DNA of 60,907 nt, the filler included, from Barthelona sp. PAP020 (taxonomy: Eukaryota): NCBI GenBank assembly GCA_040182905.1. It is 7 parts of 7 records of this genome, joined end to end, with 100 filler letters (N's around TTAATTAATTAA, not from the genome) between each part and the next. Parts side by side here need not be neighbours in the genome. Positions count along the whole stretch, not along the records: positions 26,288 to 34,899 come from JARQWU010000450.1; positions 35,000 to 43,589 come from JARQWU010000451.1; 5 more parts are not named here. One strand, 5' to 3'. Within the stretch, counting starts at the first letter, position 1. Each line of letters starts with the position of its first letter. Below, piece by piece: positions 33,501 to 43,689 of this stretch. A model generated the notes under the pieces. It was not told where the DNA came from and made no database searches. It saw nothing but the letters and a program-made list of their open reading frames with translations. The position numbers and the translations under genes are program-made.

Positions 33501-33722
33501 ATATTCTTTGGTAAATTCACACTTTATTTTATTATTGTCAATCTCTGAATTAAAAGATTCAGTTTTTTTAAATAATTCACAATCAATCTTGTACAATTTC
33601 TTTTCAATCTCATCATTGGATAATTTGTCATTCGGTTCGAATTTTAAATTTGATGTAACATGTATCGTTGCTAAATGTTCTAATAAATTAGATCGTGAAT
33701 GTCTTGAAGATTTCAATGGCAT
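30537..33722 (-). CDS. CFAP92: Cilia- and flagella-associated protein 92-like
   Basis: FKRCVIVID...INAKVL...DIVTGFRIHDNYKRLFVFE, YSGQKNTFTE...TFSEEF and GWIWPAPRT follow the CFAP92/KIAA1257 motif order. Confidence 0.65.
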   Translation of the reverse strand: MPLKSSRHSRSNLLEHLATIHVTSNLKFEPNDKLSNDEIEKKLYKIDCELFKKTESFNSEIDNNKIKCEFTKEYSFNFNYSNLDSLVNDFFECNITFSPINAVSKSKKKKEEKNDTSQSNFKSKTIQFNFNEFLLNHTILKYKRSFEYYDSTIDFTLTVSLPFPLLTDSDIQTALPIGITFHSLEGLPPSNENLHTPKLTMISPFSKDTTFEMKMQKMEEQVFEITHIIFIEEPTLPKIQAFFQEFQLTFILDDRCRKVSPESLGVSVTKEVLPTQDANLKEIREWLAKPASEPSGLGLLSLTSLWNSTVRTLSEEIYFRPRLYKEEKIDLHRKLVNEKYVMREVPTNEADVNLAPSKDKIEDSQSSKKKSKSKSKSKNDIQNNEDQIEQNDTDVGISGFHNIQLQRQTLFQQLQQQPISYVEFDTHLNVTVMLPISLSEMIPAVKKMRPVTPPIERPSSRSGQRSQQRSRNKKREKSDSSVKKKPAAASSDMFKRCVIVIDESPVANVLETKMIRKFIRINAKVLNVLEEELGNFQGTEHSSKDIVTGFRIHDNYKRLFVFEYVVSSGIPILIDELVTEAKKTLNKPYTGKQSIQHAKLGTANPNLQMKPIELKCLNEDVRFSERLYDVCSLVFPILHLRCHFNQMGKNLPVTVSSDIVLAREAVSSLNFMIVAKSLSDISLQRSWLNAKSLPILSKYLCPIETKLEYVSDCDIDDEYDMESDEDHVEVFDVEEFKTKNKKGHKIDVDNERWIEDKEERDYLRQTRNFVKENKDMVHTNGLTKKQKLLADLPEELLKIAELGSYSGQKNTFTEKYIDFLHEKNQNSSFVTFSEEFPHVFTKNVDSSKENEVLKQQEKGWIWPAPRTKEMDLKQDKLTDNRIEELKQPFIEPNDLNDTLKKKSNFNKNKKDFVSVTKKIDTFSDPSYFKSVHLGENGKPPIKTPREKKYEINLPAIIIPTKHATKNESMLHDKPKIKALIKNGQPLIDDFERNKSLSTSEAWNPLNQNPEQLFAKETNSAFKLNVNTIKSSKSVLDKVTRKTILPVNQQEINDFNKSRFNM

Positions 33723-33778
33723 AAATGTACAATAATTGAAAAAGCAATTTTCAACAATTCTTTTTTATAACATTATTT

Positions 33779-34899
33779 ATGGTTAAATTGCCTGATGAAT
33801 CATTGCATCCTGATAATCATGAACATGAAATAATAGAATTACGTTCAAATCCAGAAAAAGCAAGAGAATTATTTTTTCAAATGTTGAATGATCATTTGGA
33901 TATCATTTCTGAAGGAATTGAATGGAATGATGTCAATTTTATATATAAATTAGACTGGAGATGCTACATTATTGGTGAAAAAGAAATGATAAATTGTTTT
34001 GATGCTTTTGTTAAAGAACATTTGTATAATATGGAACAAAAAAGTTTGTCAAATATTAATAAAATTCGAAACATGATGAAAACTAGTCTTGAAAAGAGTA
34101 ATTTGACTTATGAATCAGTTTTTGCAGATAGTTATTCTATTATTGACAATGAAACTTTCAAAGATATTATTTTAAATGATGATGAAGATGGCAAATATGT
34201 ATTGTTAAAACTCAGATTTGAAATCTGGAAAGAATTCATTACTAAACAACGAGAAACATCAGAAAAAGATATTCTCGAAAGAGAAAGAAGCATTTTTGCT
34301 GAAAGTTTCACAAATAGAATCAAATTTTGGAATTTATTGCAAAATAAATTTGAAACTGGGGAATTGGATGTTTGGAACATCAAAAATATTAGATATTATT
34401 GTGATAAAGTATTATCGATGAATATTGAGGCTCAAAAAATAGAAAATTTACCACTTTTTGCTGATTTTTTTATTGAAGAAGGTAAGTATATGATTTCATT
34501 GTGTTTTAAATATTTTAAAGACAAATTGACTCACAGATATAAATTTGTAAACACTTTTGAAGATTTTCTGAGAGAAATTTCAGACACTCTTTTAGCTGAA
34601 GGTCCTTATCATGTTTTTGATTGTTTCAATCTTAGACATTTGGCAAAAACAATAAATAAGGAAGATTGGGGAAAAAGTGTGTTTTTAAAACAAATTTTTG
34701 ATTATTTGGTCTTTCAAAAACAAAGAGACATGCAAGATCATCAAGACAGAATTATGGATTTGATATCTCGAATATTTTATGAAGAAAATTGTAAACCAAT
34801 GCCTTTTGATGATTTTGTCAAACTTTACCTGCAAAATACACATGTTTTTTCAACTTACTCTGGATCGCTTATACCTCTACGAAGAATGTACGAGAATGT
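33779..34899 (+). CDS. FF-repeat protein, divergent Prp40/PRPF40-like, 3' partial
   Basis: AREL-F-xxML...W......DWR...FDAF (FF repeat); NRIKFWNLLQNKFETGEL and NTFEDFLREIS resemble later Prp40 FF repeats. Confidence 0.6.
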
Positions 34900-34999
34900 N
34901 NNNNNNNNNNNNNNNNNNNNNNNNNNNNNNNNNNNNNNNNNNNTTAATTAATTAANNNNNNNNNNNNNNNNNNNNNNNNNNNNNNNNNNNNNNNNNNNN
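34900..34999. other. Artificial contig linker
   Basis: N-run + TTAATTAATTAA + N-run. Confidence 0.99.
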
Positions 35000-35939
35000 G
35001 GTTTATTTTATTAACTAACGAATCAAATAATCCTGAGTACCAGCATCTCGGAATTTAAGGAATAACAAAAGGGGAAAAGTTCCCTCGGAAAAATAAAAAG
35101 AGCTTAAAAAGGAAGCTTGTTTCATAGCGCAGAAAATAAAACTTGTAGAATTTCTTCTTTATCTTTCCGCCAAAACCATTTTTTATCAACACTTTCAATA
35201 ATGGACACTTTGTCTATGCGTATAATAGTCTTTACCCATTTTGATATTCTGGAGGTTTTTAAATGTAAATGAAAACATGTTTAATAGGGTCAAATATTAT
35301 TGTTTTTGTCCAAAAACACTGATTATCTCACACCTTATTGTATAACTTAACACAAGCTTTTTCCAAATTTATTGATAGACAATAATTGATCTGTTTTTGA
35401 TATGGAAGAAGGTAAAAGACTATTAAAATCATTTGAATGATTTGAATCCATTTCACAATACTATGGTGAAATTACGAAGGCCTGACTAGGCAAAGAGACA
35501 ACTATCAAGAATGCGAAAGTTTTCATTCTTTTTTGCAACGAGTGTTTCACGTTTCAGAAAAGTGCTTCTCAACTCTCATCTTGCTCAAAAAGTATCGAAA
35601 CAGAGTTTCATGCAAAAATTAAACTGTCCTACATTGCTTGAAACAAAAGATCCCTTGACGCTGGAACAATTTGATGCTCCTTGAAAAGTAGCAACATAAG
35701 ATGTCCATATAATCGTCAGGATAAGTCTCTCGAAGAAGTTTATTTGGAAGTAATCAGCTGAATCCATCAAAAGTAAAAAGAATATTAACAATTTATCTTT
35801 AACTGGCTTCATTTGTTGAGACCATAATACAAAGTATTTAAACAGAGAACTTACCAAAATAAGCTTTATTCAATCGATTTCTGTTGAACTATACTGATTT
35901 CATGCAAACAAACGTACCTAATCGTACATAAATGAACTT

Positions 35940-38900
35940 TTATATTTTTATTGAAGACCACTTTTTCAAACTTCTGATTGCAGAACAATTACTCATGTTA
36001 GATGAATTCGCCTCTTCAAAATCATGAAAATTCAACAACTTTTCCAACTTTTCAAACTTTTTCTCAGAAAACACTAATTTCACTCCTCTTCGACGATTAT
36101 AATCAGGAAGCCCATTTTCATCAAAATATACTGTGTTCCAAACAAATATTCGAGGAAATCTATGAATCAGTGCAGTAGCCATTTGAAAATCATAATACGC
36201 ACAAAATCCACCACCACATTGAAAAGTGTGATCCCAAACCATATTGACATCATTTTTCACAACATATTTATGCAAAATGCTTCCACAATTCAAACAACAT
36301 ACGAACTCATCAAGGTTATCCAATCTGCAAGTTTTGCAAATGATGTGTGATAAATGATCTAAAGATGATGTAGTGGACATAGAAAAAGGTCCTAAAGTAC
36401 GTTTGGCAGTGTGCAAATATAAGTCTGTTGTCAATTTATGAATATTACAATTTAAGAGATTATTGAAGGAGTGATCAATCATATTTACAAAATTGAAATG
36501 AAATTTCAAAACACTCATAATAAACTGAATTTCTTGCACAGAATTTTCAAAAGATTGTGTTGAAAATTGATAATGTTCTGGATAAAACAATTCTGAAACC
36601 AATAGAATTCTTCTTAAATTCGTTAATATTTGAGGTTTTGTTAATTCAACAAGAGATCCATTGCAAACTTCAAAGAGATAATTCAAACTGTTGTTCAAAA
36701 GAATATGATAACCGTCAATAGAAGGTTTTATGAATTTACCTTCGAAAAAACAAAAATAAGAATAAACAAAGCATAAAAAGATGTCGTTTGTAGGTAATTC
36801 AACCTTTAAGTTGTTAAATATCACCAATTTGATAAAATGAATGTTTGTCTCCAACAATAAAGCAAGAGAACGCTTTCGTCCACTGAAAGAAGCAATCTTA
36901 TGTTGTAATTGATGGAAAACATCGAATTTAGCAACGAGATTACACAAAGAATCAATAAAAAGAATGATCACCAATGAGTGTTGTTGATTCTTTGATTCTT
37001 CAACTTGTACGTATGTCCTTTTTATCATTTCATCTTGTTCTTCCTGTGCTTCTTCTTCTTCATCTGTTTCATATTCTTTCACCTGTTTGATCAAATCTTT
37101 TCGATCCTTTACAGGGTCCAACAATTGATTGACATTCTTAATTATTACATTAAATATGGAAAAAAAGTATGTGCTGTATATACGACCATCACGATAACTA
37201 AGCAAAGAAGGATTCGGCAAAATTGGAAGAAAAACGTTACACAAATGCCTACATTCATTACAAACTGTCTCATTGAAGTTTCTCAGAAAAAAGCTGTTGC
37301 AAACATGACACAAATCAACAATCTTTGAATCAAAAAAATGATGACTAGAATGCATGCAAGATGTAACTCCAAGAACTCTATTCAGTTTAAAATACTCAGA
37401 ACTGATTGTGGACTTCTCAAAAATTTCATTTGAACCAACAATATATGTTTGGAATTGTGGAGCAGAATTAGTCAACATATTTGGATCAAACAATTGTCTA
37501 TAGTGATTGATTGTTGTTTGAAAGAACAAACCAACAACTGGAAAAGGCTTTTGCTCCAAAATATCATTAAGTTGAGGAAATTCTGCCAAAGTACTCTCTG
37601 ACCATTGAAAATTCTTGTTTTCATAGAACATGTACAATTTATACTTCTCATTAACGTCTGATCCTCTGTTTTCCATGGAATAAGCAGTTTCATTGTCATA
37701 CATCCCTTGAAAATTAGTAGTGTATAAGCCACAGTTGGGACTTTTGGTAAAAGTGGAATCTAAATGTGAATCAGTCTTAGTCTTGCAATCTGAATCTTCA
37801 AAACATTTGAAAATGTTGCAATTTTTTGAATATTTTTCAACTCGAGATTGCATCTCTTCATAAAGTTTCTTTGAAGACAATTTGTATGAATTATCCTTTT
37901 GAATTGAGTTTTCATTGGTTTCAGCCTTCTCCACAATATGATTATAATCAGAAACAAAATGTTCATTCGTAGCATATGTTGATAACCTTGTTAAAACGTT
38001 TTCATCCAATGAAAAATTGTTGACAACAAAATATAGAAAGGAATCGAAATAGAGCTTGACAATTTCCAATTCCTTAACATAATCAAAACAGTTTTTCAAC
38101 AAATCAAGAGAATTAAACAGATTCATCGAAAAATCATCGGTCAAATCAATAATTTGCTCAACTGAATTGATGCTATTCCAAATATAGTAATTAAATAGCA
38201 TGAAAGAAAGCAATCTGATTGTTGAAATCACACAGTTGAAAATGTCAATTTCTCCATGATCCAAACGATAAAAATTTTCATTTAAACCTGTTAAAACATT
38301 TATAATCCCGGTCCAAACGGTATTCGATATTGCAAATTCAATCAAACCAGACATATTCTTAGGAAATTTCGAAAAATCAATTGAGGTCAAATCTCCCAGA
38401 AAACTATGTATATTATATAGAAGCTCTTGTTTATTATTACGTACCGTTTCATCATTAATTTGATTCATTTTATGTAAAATAGCTTTTTGAATCTTAATTA
38501 CATCACTAATACATTTACAAGGACAAGGATAAGATAATATATTATAAAAATCCACATATAAAAAACCACTAGGTGCAATAGAATATTTTGCTCGTTGTAA
38601 ATCATCAATCTTATGTATTGCAATATCATTAAGGATGTTGGTAGTCAAATCAAACAATTCTGGACGACTAAAATCCAGCAATTCATCAAAAGTTTGCGAT
38701 TTCAATAACAAAGAAGTCGAGAGATTCAAACGTAATCCATCTCGTTCAGTAAAATCCAATCTATTTCTAGAATAAATGATGTTTCCAAGAATAGCATTGT
38801 ATATGTAAGTAATAACCTCATTTAGATCATTCATTTGAATATCTTTAGTCGAAAAATTAAATAAAACTTGAGTTTGATTGTCATCAGGCAAACTTAAATA

Positions 38901-40781
38901 TTGTAATGCTGAAACCAATTCATTTGCACTAATAAAACCACCAGCAACTAATATTTGAAGCGAATGTATATCTAACTCACTAAATCGTACAGCATTGACC
39001 TGTAAAGTCTTAGCCAATTTCTTAACTTCATTGGTGATACATTTAAAGATGGTTTGTCCACGTGTTGAAATATTAACAAACAAAATAACCTGTAAAATAG
39101 AATATACAATCGATTCTGTTGCATTTTGAACAGAATCGTTGCCAAAATTATAGTCAAAAGCTTTGGGAAACAAATCTTGAATGGAAATATCTGAAAACAC
39201 TCTTGAAATAGAAGAAACAAGTGAAAATATAAATCGTATGTGTGATATTTCAAAATTGATAACAGAATCAAATAGTTTTCGTCGATACAAACAAATATCA
39301 TGTTGAATCATATATTTAAACAAGCTAACAAACAAATTATCAACATTTTCACAAACAGTTCTGTAAAAGTCATCGGTATGTTTTTCTTTAGCTTCATATG
39401 ATTGAAGCTGCATGAAATGACTGGAAATTAATCGAAAGACTTCATTAATCTTCAAAGAATGATCAAAAATTGCAATGAATGATCCTGTAAACAAATTACA
39501 GAGTGGAATATTTGGTCTTTGAAGAAAAGGTAATGGAATCCATACTAATTCATTATAAAAACAAGATATATGAAACATTTGTGTTAATAAAGATTCAGAT
39601 TGAAGAATGACATCAACACAAGGTGATAATTTACATAAATCCAGTAAAAAGTCATAAAAAAGATTCAACATATTAATTAAACCACTCATTGGTAACCTTA
39701 AACCACAATTATCTTCAAACAAAAAAATCAACTTGATTTTTTCAAGCAAAATGTTCTTTTCTGCTTCATAAGCATCTGAATTATCCTGAAAAATAACTGA
39801 AGCAATCATATCCAGCGTCATATCAACCTTACTAGACAAATCTTGAAAAGAAGGCAACAAACAGACATGAGAATACAAATTCTTTATCCAATCTTGTACC
39901 CTTAAAATATTTGATAAAACTTTGAATATACCTCCTTCTAAAACCTCTGAATTCTTCAAATTGCGAATGATTATTTCCCGTAACACACTGTGTAAAACAA
40001 TAATACTTTCCAAATATTCATCTCCTCTGCTCCTCATCGACTTATCAACAATATAATCATAAACATCAAATAATATGGTTTGAAGCACATGACGATGCCT
40101 CTTTGATCGCAAAAAATTACCAACAAAATACAACAAATGTTTGAATGTTTGACCCCGTGAATTCTTTAATACGTGTGTAATTGTATGAAAATCTTTTGGT
40201 TCAAGCAAACTTGATATCAAAGCACAAGTCTCTGTAGAGTATTCCTGAATTCGAATAATGGTTTTCAAATTATTCAACCGCAAACTTTCATTTTGCAAAA
40301 TGTACATATAAAGGGATTGATAACTTTGGTTTGCTCCTAAAACAAGCTTTAATGAAGCAGAATCAATCGATGGAACATTATGTTCAAGGCAAAGATTATT
40401 TAAAGTTCCAAATAATACCAAATTAATCAAGGGAATAATGTTCACGGAAAATGTTTGCAATAATTTAATATCTACCTTGGAAAACTTATGGATAGGACAA
40501 CAAATATGTTCATTTAAGCAACAATCGCATGTTCCATAGTTTTCGTTAATCACTTGATATGGTAAATTGTCTAATTCTAATTCTATAAAACATTCTCTGC
40601 AAAATTTATAGCCTCTGTAATCACTGTGAACATCAGTACATATATAACATTTTTTTGATTCTTCGAACCGTTGTTTACAACGATCTTGATGAAAAATCGA
40701 CAATATTTTTCGAAAATCTGCACTTTTCACATATTCTTGAAAAGTTTTCAACATTTTCACATTAATATTCTTTTCATCCAT
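35940..40781 (-). CDS. N-recognin E3 ubiquitin ligase (UBR1/UBR3/PRT6 family), divergent
   Basis: N-terminal UBR-box (CRECF...GTCDC...CPIH), RING remnant (SCMHSSH...CNECRHLCNVFLP), PRT6-type C-terminus (CLNCG...H...CGGG...YFDENGLPD...RRGVKL). Confidence 0.85.
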   Translation of the reverse strand: MDEKNINVKMLKTFQEYVKSADFRKILSIFHQDRCKQRFEESKKCYICTDVHSDYRGYKFCRECFIELELDNLPYQVINENYGTCDCCLNEHICCPIHKFSKVDIKLLQTFSVNIIPLINLVLFGTLNNLCLEHNVPSIDSASLKLVLGANQSYQSLYMYILQNESLRLNNLKTIIRIQEYSTETCALISSLLEPKDFHTITHVLKNSRGQTFKHLLYFVGNFLRSKRHRHVLQTILFDVYDYIVDKSMRSRGDEYLESIIVLHSVLREIIIRNLKNSEVLEGGIFKVLSNILRVQDWIKNLYSHVCLLPSFQDLSSKVDMTLDMIASVIFQDNSDAYEAEKNILLEKIKLIFLFEDNCGLRLPMSGLINMLNLFYDFLLDLCKLSPCVDVILQSESLLTQMFHISCFYNELVWIPLPFLQRPNIPLCNLFTGSFIAIFDHSLKINEVFRLISSHFMQLQSYEAKEKHTDDFYRTVCENVDNLFVSLFKYMIQHDICLYRRKLFDSVINFEISHIRFIFSLVSSISRVFSDISIQDLFPKAFDYNFGNDSVQNATESIVYSILQVILFVNISTRGQTIFKCITNEVKKLAKTLQVNAVRFSELDIHSLQILVAGGFISANELVSALQYLSLPDDNQTQVLFNFSTKDIQMNDLNEVITYIYNAILGNIIYSRNRLDFTERDGLRLNLSTSLLLKSQTFDELLDFSRPELFDLTTNILNDIAIHKIDDLQRAKYSIAPSGFLYVDFYNILSYPCPCKCISDVIKIQKAILHKMNQINDETVRNNKQELLYNIHSFLGDLTSIDFSKFPKNMSGLIEFAISNTVWTGIINVLTGLNENFYRLDHGEIDIFNCVISTIRLLSFMLFNYYIWNSINSVEQIIDLTDDFSMNLFNSLDLLKNCFDYVKELEIVKLYFDSFLYFVVNNFSLDENVLTRLSTYATNEHFVSDYNHIVEKAETNENSIQKDNSYKLSSKKLYEEMQSRVEKYSKNCNIFKCFEDSDCKTKTDSHLDSTFTKSPNCGLYTTNFQGMYDNETAYSMENRGSDVNEKYKLYMFYENKNFQWSESTLAEFPQLNDILEQKPFPVVGLFFQTTINHYRQLFDPNMLTNSAPQFQTYIVGSNEIFEKSTISSEYFKLNRVLGVTSCMHSSHHFFDSKIVDLCHVCNSFFLRNFNETVCNECRHLCNVFLPILPNPSLLSYRDGRIYSTYFFSIFNVIIKNVNQLLDPVKDRKDLIKQVKEYETDEEEEAQEEQDEMIKRTYVQVEESKNQQHSLVIILFIDSLCNLVAKFDVFHQLQHKIASFSGRKRSLALLLETNIHFIKLVIFNNLKVELPTNDIFLCFVYSYFCFFEGKFIKPSIDGYHILLNNSLNYLFEVCNGSLVELTKPQILTNLRRILLVSELFYPEHYQFSTQSFENSVQEIQFIMSVLKFHFNFVNMIDHSFNNLLNCNIHKLTTDLYLHTAKRTLGPFSMSTTSSLDHLSHIICKTCRLDNLDEFVCCLNCGSILHKYVVKNDVNMVWDHTFQCGGGFCAYYDFQMATALIHRFPRIFVWNTVYFDENGLPDYNRRRGVKLVFSEKKFEKLEKLLNFHDFEEANSSNMSNCSAIRSLKKWSSIKI

Positions 40782-41171
40782 AATTTCTCAACTTCAAAAT
40801 CAATAAAAATTTTAATTTAGATTTGAGTGTTCATGATTCAACAAAAAAATGCAATGATTCTGATTTCAAACAGTCGTAATTTCTTTTCACAACTTCAAAA
40901 TTTAGTAATATTTACATTATTTAAAAGGAGATTAATCATCAATTTTCAATGATGATAACAAATTGTTGAAAAAAAAAAAATTTTCTTTGTGGTTCTCAGA
41001 TTAAAAATTGTATTTTTTTAATCCTTACAAACAAAAAACATATTTATGATGATAAATAATCCGTAATATATTGTTTAATCTCATTTAAAAAAAATGGAGT
41101 ATAAATTAATTGAGAGGATTATATTGAATCTTGTTGAACAAGGTTCATTTTCTTTTTTTTTCAAATTTTTA

Positions 41172-42878
41172 ATGTTATTACAACCAAGCGGTTCTGCTTC
41201 GAGTTCTCATCATCAAATAATTACCGTTACATATCCATCTGGTAACACTAAAAGATTTCCTGTTGGTGTTTCTGTATCTGATGCTTTAGACGTTTCTGAA
41301 ATTCGTGATACTGCACCTGAAGGATGTGCAATCTTAGGTGCTCATTCTCATGGAATTGCATTGAGTACAACTGATCGTTTAGAAACGGATACTGTTTTAG
41401 AGCCTACATATATTAATTCTGATAGAGGTCGTAAGATTTACCGTGATACATTATCATTTCTTTTAACCAAAGCTGCAAATGATTTGTATCCAGATATTAG
41501 AATGATTGCATCTCATGTTATTGATCATTCTGGATTATTAGTTCATGCAAGAAATCATATCATTACTGAAGAAGAATGTCAACACTTAAAAGATACCATA
41601 AGAAGATATATTCATCAGAATTTGGCTATTCGTAAGGTTACCTTCAGTTATAATGACGGTTTAGAATTTTTTAAGAAAATTGGTAATGAACAAGCTGTTT
41701 CTCTTATCGAAAATGATAATAATCCCAGAATTTATGTTAATCAATGTTCAGGTTACTGTGGTTTATGGGTGACTCCATTAGCTGGTCGTACTGCTGATGT
41801 TCCTATCTTTGATTTAATTACTCATGACCACGGATTAGTCTTACGTTTCCCTACACCTGCTTCAATGTTACAGCTGCCATCTTGGAAGCCAAACCCATCT
41901 TTATTGGAGGTTTGTCATGAACATCAACGTACTTGTGAAGTTCTTGGCACGAATTGTGTTGGTAAGTTGAACAAATTAATTAATGATGCCAAAAAAATGA
42001 AAGAATTTATCAGCGTTAGTGAAGCAATTCAAGAAAACAAAATGTCACGCATGATGACAATGATATCTGATGAGCATAAATTGGTCTGCATTGCGGGTCC
42101 TTCCAGTTCAGGAAAAACCACTTTGGCCAAACGTCTTTCTTTCCACTTAAAGGCTATTGGAAGAACTCCTGTGATGATATCTTTGGATGATTATTATCAA
42201 GGCCCTGAATTCACACCTAAATTGGCTGATGGAAGTCCTGATTTTGAATGTGCCGAAGCTCTTGATTTACCCTTATTGAATGAACATTTGAAAGATTTGA
42301 TAAGTGGTAAGAGTGTTGATATTCCAACATTTGATTTTTATACTCAAAGTAGAGCTGAGAAAACTCATAGAATGAAATTATGTGACCGTGGTATTATATT
42401 AATTGAAGGATTACATGCTTTAAATCCTAAGCTAACCAAATTAATTGAGAAGAATGAGAAATTCCTCATCTTTATTTCTCCTCTTGCTCAATTAAATATT
42501 GACGATCATACAAGAGTTTCAACAACAGACAATAGATTAATTAGACGATTAGTGAGAGATTTCCAATTTAGAGGTCACTCAGCTGAACACACCTTTTCTA
42601 TGTGGCCTTCAGTTTGTGCTGGTGAAAACAAATATATTTATCCTTTCCAAAATGATGCTGATTTCTGTTTTAATTCAGGATTGGCTTATGAATTAGGAGC
42701 TTTAGCAAATTATGCTTTACCTCTCTTACAAGGTGTTAAAACAAATTCACAATATTATGCTGAAGCTCAAAGATTCATTCATTGGTTATCATTTTACACT
42801 TTAATTCCAGTTAATTTGGTTCCTTCCACCAGTATCATTCGTGAATTCTTGGGTGACAGTTATTTTGAAGGCTTGTAA
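41172..42878 (+). CDS. Bacterial-type uridine/nucleoside kinase with N-terminal TGS-like and ThrRS editing-like domains
   Basis: GRKIYRDTLSFLL; P-loop IAGPSSSGKTT; ISLDDYY; IEGLHALNP; DNRLIRRLVRDFQFRG; WPSVxAGExKYIYPFQ; probable start ATG 41172. Confidence 0.9.
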   Translation: MLLQPSGSASSSHHQIITVTYPSGNTKRFPVGVSVSDALDVSEIRDTAPEGCAILGAHSHGIALSTTDRLETDTVLEPTYINSDRGRKIYRDTLSFLLTKAANDLYPDIRMIASHVIDHSGLLVHARNHIITEEECQHLKDTIRRYIHQNLAIRKVTFSYNDGLEFFKKIGNEQAVSLIENDNNPRIYVNQCSGYCGLWVTPLAGRTADVPIFDLITHDHGLVLRFPTPASMLQLPSWKPNPSLLEVCHEHQRTCEVLGTNCVGKLNKLINDAKKMKEFISVSEAIQENKMSRMMTMISDEHKLVCIAGPSSSGKTTLAKRLSFHLKAIGRTPVMISLDDYYQGPEFTPKLADGSPDFECAEALDLPLLNEHLKDLISGKSVDIPTFDFYTQSRAEKTHRMKLCDRGIILIEGLHALNPKLTKLIEKNEKFLIFISPLAQLNIDDHTRVSTTDNRLIRRLVRDFQFRGHSAEHTFSMWPSVCAGENKYIYPFQNDADFCFNSGLAYELGALANYALPLLQGVKTNSQYYAEAQRFIHWLSFYTLIPVNLVPSTSIIREFLGDSYFEGL

Positions 42879-43065
42879 ATTATTCTCTCTTTTTTTTTTG
42901 TGATGCAGTCATTTCCTAATTGAATTGAAAAGGAAACGAAGATGAAATGACGTGCCAAAAGAACTTTGGGTGAAAATTTGGCAAAAGAATTTGTCAAATG
43001 GAAAATATTTTCTTTGACTGGAATTTGATTAAATTTCAAGTTTGGAAATCCTCGTTTCAGGAAAT

Positions 43066-43344
43066 TGATCATGGTAATGCAGACAAATTTCACGTAAAAG
43101 ACAATATAAATGTGTTTAAAGTTTCTTCTTGTAATTTCTGATATTAATGAATATCTAAGTTAAATGACAGCAAAGAATCAAATTATTCATGATACAAAGG
43201 ATACAAGTGTGCATAGTAGGTTAGCAAGGAATTACAAGGTTTCATCAAGGAAACCCAGAGAAGAACAATCAAAATTTATTGGCAAGAAGGGAAAAGATTA
43301 TTAAACTTTTATTTAGATAATCGCCCCATCCACACCTAAAGTAT
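43066..43344 (+). repeat. Dispersed repeat family 1, copy A
   Basis: Core TTTCACGTAAAAGACAATATAAATGTGTTTAA.GTTTCTTCTTG.AATTTCTGATATTAATG shared with copy B; homologous to 60228-60425 (-). Confidence 0.85.
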
Positions 43345-43423
43345 NNNNNNNNNNNNNNNNNNNNNNNNNNNNNNNNNNNNNNNNNNNNNNNNNNNNNNNN
43401 NNNNNNNNNNNNNNNNNNNNNNN
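43345..43423. other. Scaffold gap (no linker)
   Basis: 79 N without TTAATTAATTAA, between two repeat copies. Confidence 0.95.
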
Positions 43424-43435
43424 AGCTTTCGTATA

Positions 43436-43589
43436 CGTGTTCGTAGCAAAGCGGACGGATTTCACGTAAAAGACAATATAAATGTGTTTAAGGTTTCTTC
43501 TTGCAATTTCTGATATTAATGGATATCAAAATTGAAAGTGAAATAACAACAAAGAATCAAATGATTCAGGGTAATAAGGATGCAAGTGT
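43436..43589 (+). repeat. Dispersed repeat family 1, copy B (direct, tandem to A)
   Basis: Near-identical core to copy A; CGTGTTCG.AGCAAAGCGGACGGATTTCAC shared with copy C at 60788. Confidence 0.85.
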
Positions 43590-43689
43590 NNNNNNNNNNN
43601 NNNNNNNNNNNNNNNNNNNNNNNNNNNNNNNNNTTAATTAATTAANNNNNNNNNNNNNNNNNNNNNNNNNNNNNNNNNNNNNNNNNNNN
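43590..43689. other. Artificial contig linker
   Basis: N-run + TTAATTAATTAA + N-run. Confidence 0.99.

Noticed and set aside
35351..35776. Plus-strand frame interrupted only by six TGA codons (possible TGA=Trp or Sec recoding)
   Set aside because: TGA ends real genes here (PPIL3, Hook, REC114), Trp is TGG in conserved genes, the peptide is unrecognisable, and such a run is plausible by chance
35842..35855. ACAGAGA (U6-like) directly followed by ACTTACC (U1-like)
   Set aside because: No U6 AGC triad or internal stem-loop context and no U1 stem-loops; short chance motifs
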